This document shows positions 60,350-64,000 of a stretch of DNA of 64,000 nucleotides, piece after piece; position 1 is the first letter of the stretch, and every line of letters starts with the position of its first letter. The notes below the pieces were generated by a model that saw nothing but the letters and a program-made list of their open reading frames with translations, did not search any database and was not told the DNA's origin. The stretch is from IMG/VR virus record IMGVR_UViG_3300017917_005124, positions 1 to 64,000 of that record; one strand, written 5' to 3'. The translations under genes were made by a program, and so were the position numbers. The DNA is from a virus.

Positions 60350-61174
60350 ATGAATTTAAATTTGAATCTGAATCTTAAGAAGCCGTTAGTATTCTTAAAA
60401 GTAGCCACCACTGGTAATGAGCCAGTTGATAAAAAACAAACAAAAAGAGATAGGATTATTGAATTATCTATTACAAGAATTGAGGCTGATAGGCAAACTG
60501 TAAAAACTGGAACAAGGCTTATAAATCCTGGATTTCCTATACCTATTGAATCAACTATGATTAATGGAATTAAAGATGAAGATGTTGTTAATATGCCTAA
60601 GTTTGAGGATATTGCACAAAATATTTATTCATTTATTGGCGATGCTGATTTTGCTGGGTTTGGAATAATAAATTTTGATTTAAAATTTTTAACTGAAGAA
60701 TTCAATAAAGCTGGAATAGATTTTAATATTTATGGTAGAAAAATTATAGATTTAAGTGAGATATTCTATAAAATGGAAAAGAGAGATTTTAGAGCAGCAG
60801 CATCAATTTTTGCAAATAAAGACTTTGATAGTTCGCCAATTTCTTCTCAAACAGCAAATTTAGCGTCTATAGAAATTTTTAATGGAATGGTGTCTAAATA
60901 TTCACACATTGAAGCTTTCTCAAATGCAAATCCTGACATCTTGGATGATGAGTTTAATAAAATAAAAAAGGCTTTGGATGTGCAAAATCTTATAGTTCTT
61001 AATAGTGATAAGAGGCCAGTGTTTAATTTTGGAAAATACAAAAATTTATTAGTTGCAGATATGATGATTAGTGACCCAGAATATTATGATTGGTTTGTAA
61101 ATGTTTCTGATTTACCTTCAGATACTAAAAAAATAGTCAAAAAGATAGTTGAAAAAGCTAAATCACTAAATTAA
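60350..61174 (+). CDS. DnaQ/epsilon-like DEDDh-fold protein with degenerate active site
   Basis: KPLVFLKVATTG...DRIIELS...LINP...FDLKFL...FNFGKYK; the ExoI Asp and Glu are replaced by Lys and Ala. Confidence 0.75.
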   Translation: MNLNLNLNLKKPLVFLKVATTGNEPVDKKQTKRDRIIELSITRIEADRQTVKTGTRLINPGFPIPIESTMINGIKDEDVVNMPKFEDIAQNIYSFIGDADFAGFGIINFDLKFLTEEFNKAGIDFNIYGRKIIDLSEIFYKMEKRDFRAAASIFANKDFDSSPISSQTANLASIEIFNGMVSKYSHIEAFSNANPDILDDEFNKIKKALDVQNLIVLNSDKRPVFNFGKYKNLLVADMMISDPEYYDWFVNVSDLPSDTKKIVKKIVEKAKSLN

Positions 61175-61177
61175 TTT

Positions 61178-62683
61178 ATGTCAAAAAAGAAATTAGACCA
61201 ATCTGTTACTGGGCAACTTGATATGTTGGAAGCTTTGGGGCAATCTAAATCTGTTAGTTATACAGAGGAGCAAGAGAAGTTTATTTGTTATGATGGCCAA
61301 GATTCAATTGTATTGGCTGCAACTGCTGGAAGTGGTAAATCATTTAGTTGTGTTCAAAGATTAAAGACTCTTGTGGAGAGAGGGGTAGACCCAAACAAGA
61401 TAATTTTCTTTAGTTTCACAAAGGCTGCTACTGATGAGTTAAGAGAAAGAGTTGAATCAGCTGGTATTTTAGTTAGAGATAAGGTTTATAAAGGAGAAGG
61501 TGTAACTATAACAACTATTCATGCATTTACAAATAGCTTGCTTTTAAAAATGGGTAAGTTTAAAGAGACTGCTACTTTTGGTGATTTTATTAATTGGTTT
61601 AAAGTTGAGTATAAGCCAAGTAATCATGCGACAAGAGAGGCTAAGGAGGCATATTACGATTTAATTTCAAATATGTACGAAGATTCTGATAGAATATCCT
61701 CAGAAATCAGCTCCTTCAAACTTCAATCTGCTGAAAATATAAAAGCTCCAGTTCCTGAATTTTATAGTGACTATAGGAAATTTTTAAAAGAAAAGAGAAA
61801 GAGGGATTTTTCTGACATGTTAATTGAGGTTCGTGATTTGCTTCTTGAAAATATTTGGATTAAGAGATTTAGAGGTCAATATGATTATATATTTATTGAC
61901 GAGTATCAAGATACTAGTACGATACAACTTCAAATACTACTGTCTTTAAATGCTAAATTTTATTACATGATTGGAGACAGAAATCAAAGTATATATGGAT
62001 ATAGTGGAGCAAATTGTAATAAACTTGAAGAGATGTTAAAGAAAAGGAGACAAGTTAAAGAAATGACTTTATCCGTAAATTTCAGAAGCGATGAGTCTAT
62101 TGTTGAAAATTCTAATAAATACTCTTCTTTGAAAGCAATTTCAAGTAGCAAAGATTATGGTTCTGTTAATAAGCATATCATGATTAGGTTAGATGATTTA
62201 ATTGAATTACTTAAGCAACCAGGTGAGATTGTGGTTCTAGTCAGAACAAATGAAATAATTAAAAAAATGGAAAAGGAATTGTTGAAAAGAAAAGTTCCTA
62301 TGAGATATTTTAATTTTATAAATAAAGAGGATATTAGTGATTTTAAAAATGGTAATATCAATACTCACTTAAGAGGTAAATTAAATAATTTCAAGGCTTA
62401 CTTTGAAAATGATGCTCAGACAATTGCTTTCATAGAAAGATTTAAAAATTCGCCTAAGTTTATAACAACTATTCACAAGAGTAAGGGTCGTGAATTTGAT
62501 GAATGTGTAGTTGTTAATTCTATATCTCCAGAAGTCCTTCAAGAATGTGGTATATATGATAAGCTTGGAAAGAAAAGGCTCGAAAGAGTTTCTTTTACAG
62601 ATAAGGATGAAGAATCAAGAAATATTCATTATGTAGCCGTCTCAAGGAGTAAACATAAGTTGCATTTTATGATTTATGAATAA
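61178..62683 (+). CDS. Compact UvrD/Rep-family SF1 helicase
   Basis: ATAGSGKS, SFTKAA, TIHAF, IDEYQD, GDRNQSIYGY, NFRS, TIHKSKGREFD, YVAVSR. Confidence 0.92.
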   Translation: MSKKKLDQSVTGQLDMLEALGQSKSVSYTEEQEKFICYDGQDSIVLAATAGSGKSFSCVQRLKTLVERGVDPNKIIFFSFTKAATDELRERVESAGILVRDKVYKGEGVTITTIHAFTNSLLLKMGKFKETATFGDFINWFKVEYKPSNHATREAKEAYYDLISNMYEDSDRISSEISSFKLQSAENIKAPVPEFYSDYRKFLKEKRKRDFSDMLIEVRDLLLENIWIKRFRGQYDYIFIDEYQDTSTIQLQILLSLNAKFYYMIGDRNQSIYGYSGANCNKLEEMLKKRRQVKEMTLSVNFRSDESIVENSNKYSSLKAISSSKDYGSVNKHIMIRLDDLIELLKQPGEIVVLVRTNEIIKKMEKELLKRKVPMRYFNFINKEDISDFKNGNINTHLRGKLNNFKAYFENDAQTIAFIERFKNSPKFITTIHKSKGREFDECVVVNSISPEVLQECGIYDKLGKKRLERVSFTDKDEESRNIHYVAVSRSKHKLHFMIYE

Positions 62684-64000
62684 AAAAAATATTATGAATT
62701 ATGAAAAAAATATAAATGAAATTATTCATAAAGTATCTTTAGAGGAAGGTTTTAATGTTTGTTTGGATAATAAAGAAATTGATGAAAAAATTTTCATTAT
62801 AAAAAATGAGTTATCAAAAAAGTATAACATACTAAATTTTGACAAAGAAAATTCTTTTGACATAAATTTAGATTATAAAATTTCTACAATAAAAGAATTA
62901 ACTAATAATAAAAATTTTCAAAATAAGTCATTTGGAGAGGTTATGAGTCCGTTGGATTCACTTATAACTCCAATGATGAATACGTTGCCAAAAGAAGTCT
63001 GGAGCAATCCTAATCTTAAGTGGCTTGATTCATGTGCTGGTATAGGAAATTTTCAATCTATTATAATAAGTAGGTTAATGGATGGGCTAGTTAATTGGGA
63101 GCCAGACCAAGAAAAAAGGTATAATCATATTATAGGCAATATGATTTATCTAGGAGAGCTTCAAGCTAAAAATTCATTTATTAATTTTATTTTATTTAGT
63201 AGAAATGAAAGTATTGTTAATATGTATAATGATGATTTTTTGGATAAAAAATTTGAAAAGCATATGCATGATGAGTGGGGGGTTGATGGTTTTGATATAA
63301 TTATAGGAAATCCACCTTTTAATAGTGCTTCGGTTGGAGCTTTTGGAAAAAGGGATTTGTGGGATAAATTTGTAATTAAAAGCATTGATTTATTAAATAA
63401 AAATGGATTTTTAGTTTTGGTCCATCCACCTAAGTGGAGAATGCCAGAACATAAATTATTTGATATTTTTAAGAAAAATAATTTAATATACTTAGAAATA
63501 CACTCAAAATTTGATGGTGATAAAATTTTTAAGGCTACCACAAGATATGATTTTTATTGTTTGCAAAAATGTTCTTATAATGGGAAAACAAAAGTTGTAG
63601 ATGAACTAGGAGTTTGTTCATATATAGATATAACAAAATGGGATTGGTTGCCTAATTATGAATTTGAAAGTATTAGTAGCATAATCACCAAAGAGTTCAA
63701 TAATAATTGTGAAATTATATATGACCGCTCTAAGTATGGAAATGAAAAGGAGTGGATGTCTAAAAAAAAGGATGAAAATCATATGCTACCTTGTGTATAT
63801 GGTATGTATAAAGATAGAACCTGTTCATATTTGTATTCATCAGAGGATAAAGGTCATTTTGGACAATCAAAATTAATTCTTGGTATTGGAGAGGTATTAT
63901 ATCCACTTATTGACTATAAGGGTGAATTCGGGCTGACAAATAATACATTTGCTATAGTTAGTGATGATTTAATTGTTTTAGAAAATATGAAACAAGCAAT
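62676..64000 (+). CDS. N6-adenine DNA methyltransferase (Eco57I-like), 3'-partial, absent from the ORF track
   Basis: Manual translation: FGEVMSP, WLDSCAGIGNF (motif I), FDIIIGNPPF (motif IV); start at 62676 or 62694. Confidence 0.88.
   Translation, partial: MNKKNIMNYEKNINEIIHKVSLEEGFNVCLDNKEIDEKIFIIKNELSKKYNILNFDKENSFDINLDYKISTIKELTNNKNFQNKSFGEVMSPLDSLITPMMNTLPKEVWSNPNLKWLDSCAGIGNFQSIIISRLMDGLVNWEPDQEKRYNHIIGNMIYLGELQAKNSFINFILFSRNESIVNMYNDDFLDKKFEKHMHDEWGVDGFDIIIGNPPFNSASVGAFGKRDLWDKFVIKSIDLLNKNGFLVLVHPPKWRMPEHKLFDIFKKNNLIYLEIHSKFDGDKIFKATTRYDFYCLQKCSYNGKTKVVDELGVCSYIDITKWDWLPNYEFESISSIITKEFNNNCEIIYDRSKYGNEKEWMSKKKDENHMLPCVYGMYKDRTCSYLYSSEDKGHFGQSKLILGIGEVLYPLIDYKGEFGLTNNTFAIVSDDLIVLENMKQA

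Noticed and set aside
280-63541. Other short antisense or nested ORFs in the track (e.g. 3138-3506, 19157-19681, 40948-41355, 63161-63541)
   Set aside because: They lie within well-supported + strand genes and show no motifs.
1-64000. Stop-codon reassignment
   Set aside because: Coding density is high in the standard code, and TAA, TAG and TGA all end conserved genes at expected positions.
1-64000. tRNA, rRNA or structured ncRNA genes
   Set aside because: None recognised by eye; intergenic regions are short and AT-rich. A tRNAscan-SE or Infernal run would be needed to exclude them.

Overview
A 64 kb segment of an AT-rich, T4-like jumbo myophage genome, read in the standard genetic code and almost entirely on the + strand. 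The host is most likely Bacteroidota: TAnnTTTG promoters, a SigA-like sigma factor, a DnaE with an N-terminal DEDDh domain and an Hc1-like protein all point that way. Gene order: fibre/tailspike-like genes; terminase large subunit with three cis inteins; portal; DNA polymerase III alpha; RNase HI; baseplate and tape-measure genes; a PolA-like gene; RecA/UvsX; 5'-3' exonuclease; DnaB-like helicase; NrdB and NrdA (one intein); sigma70; a dead DnaQ-like protein; UvrD; and an adenine methyltransferase running off the end. The main finding is that dnaE is fractured into four genes joined by three distinct split-intein pairs. Each gap holds a decayed free-standing endonuclease, so the ~1356-aa polymerase should need three ordered protein trans-splicing reactions. 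One fragment is IntC-34 aa-IntN (a SICLOPPS-like layout), and the third pair has reversed charge polarity. Also notable: an NrdA intein followed by Gly (no +1 nucleophile), a Gln-ending TerL intein, and an unannotated RHH gene coupled to an antisense HNH gene. All assignments come from motif recognition by eye; no database searches were run.
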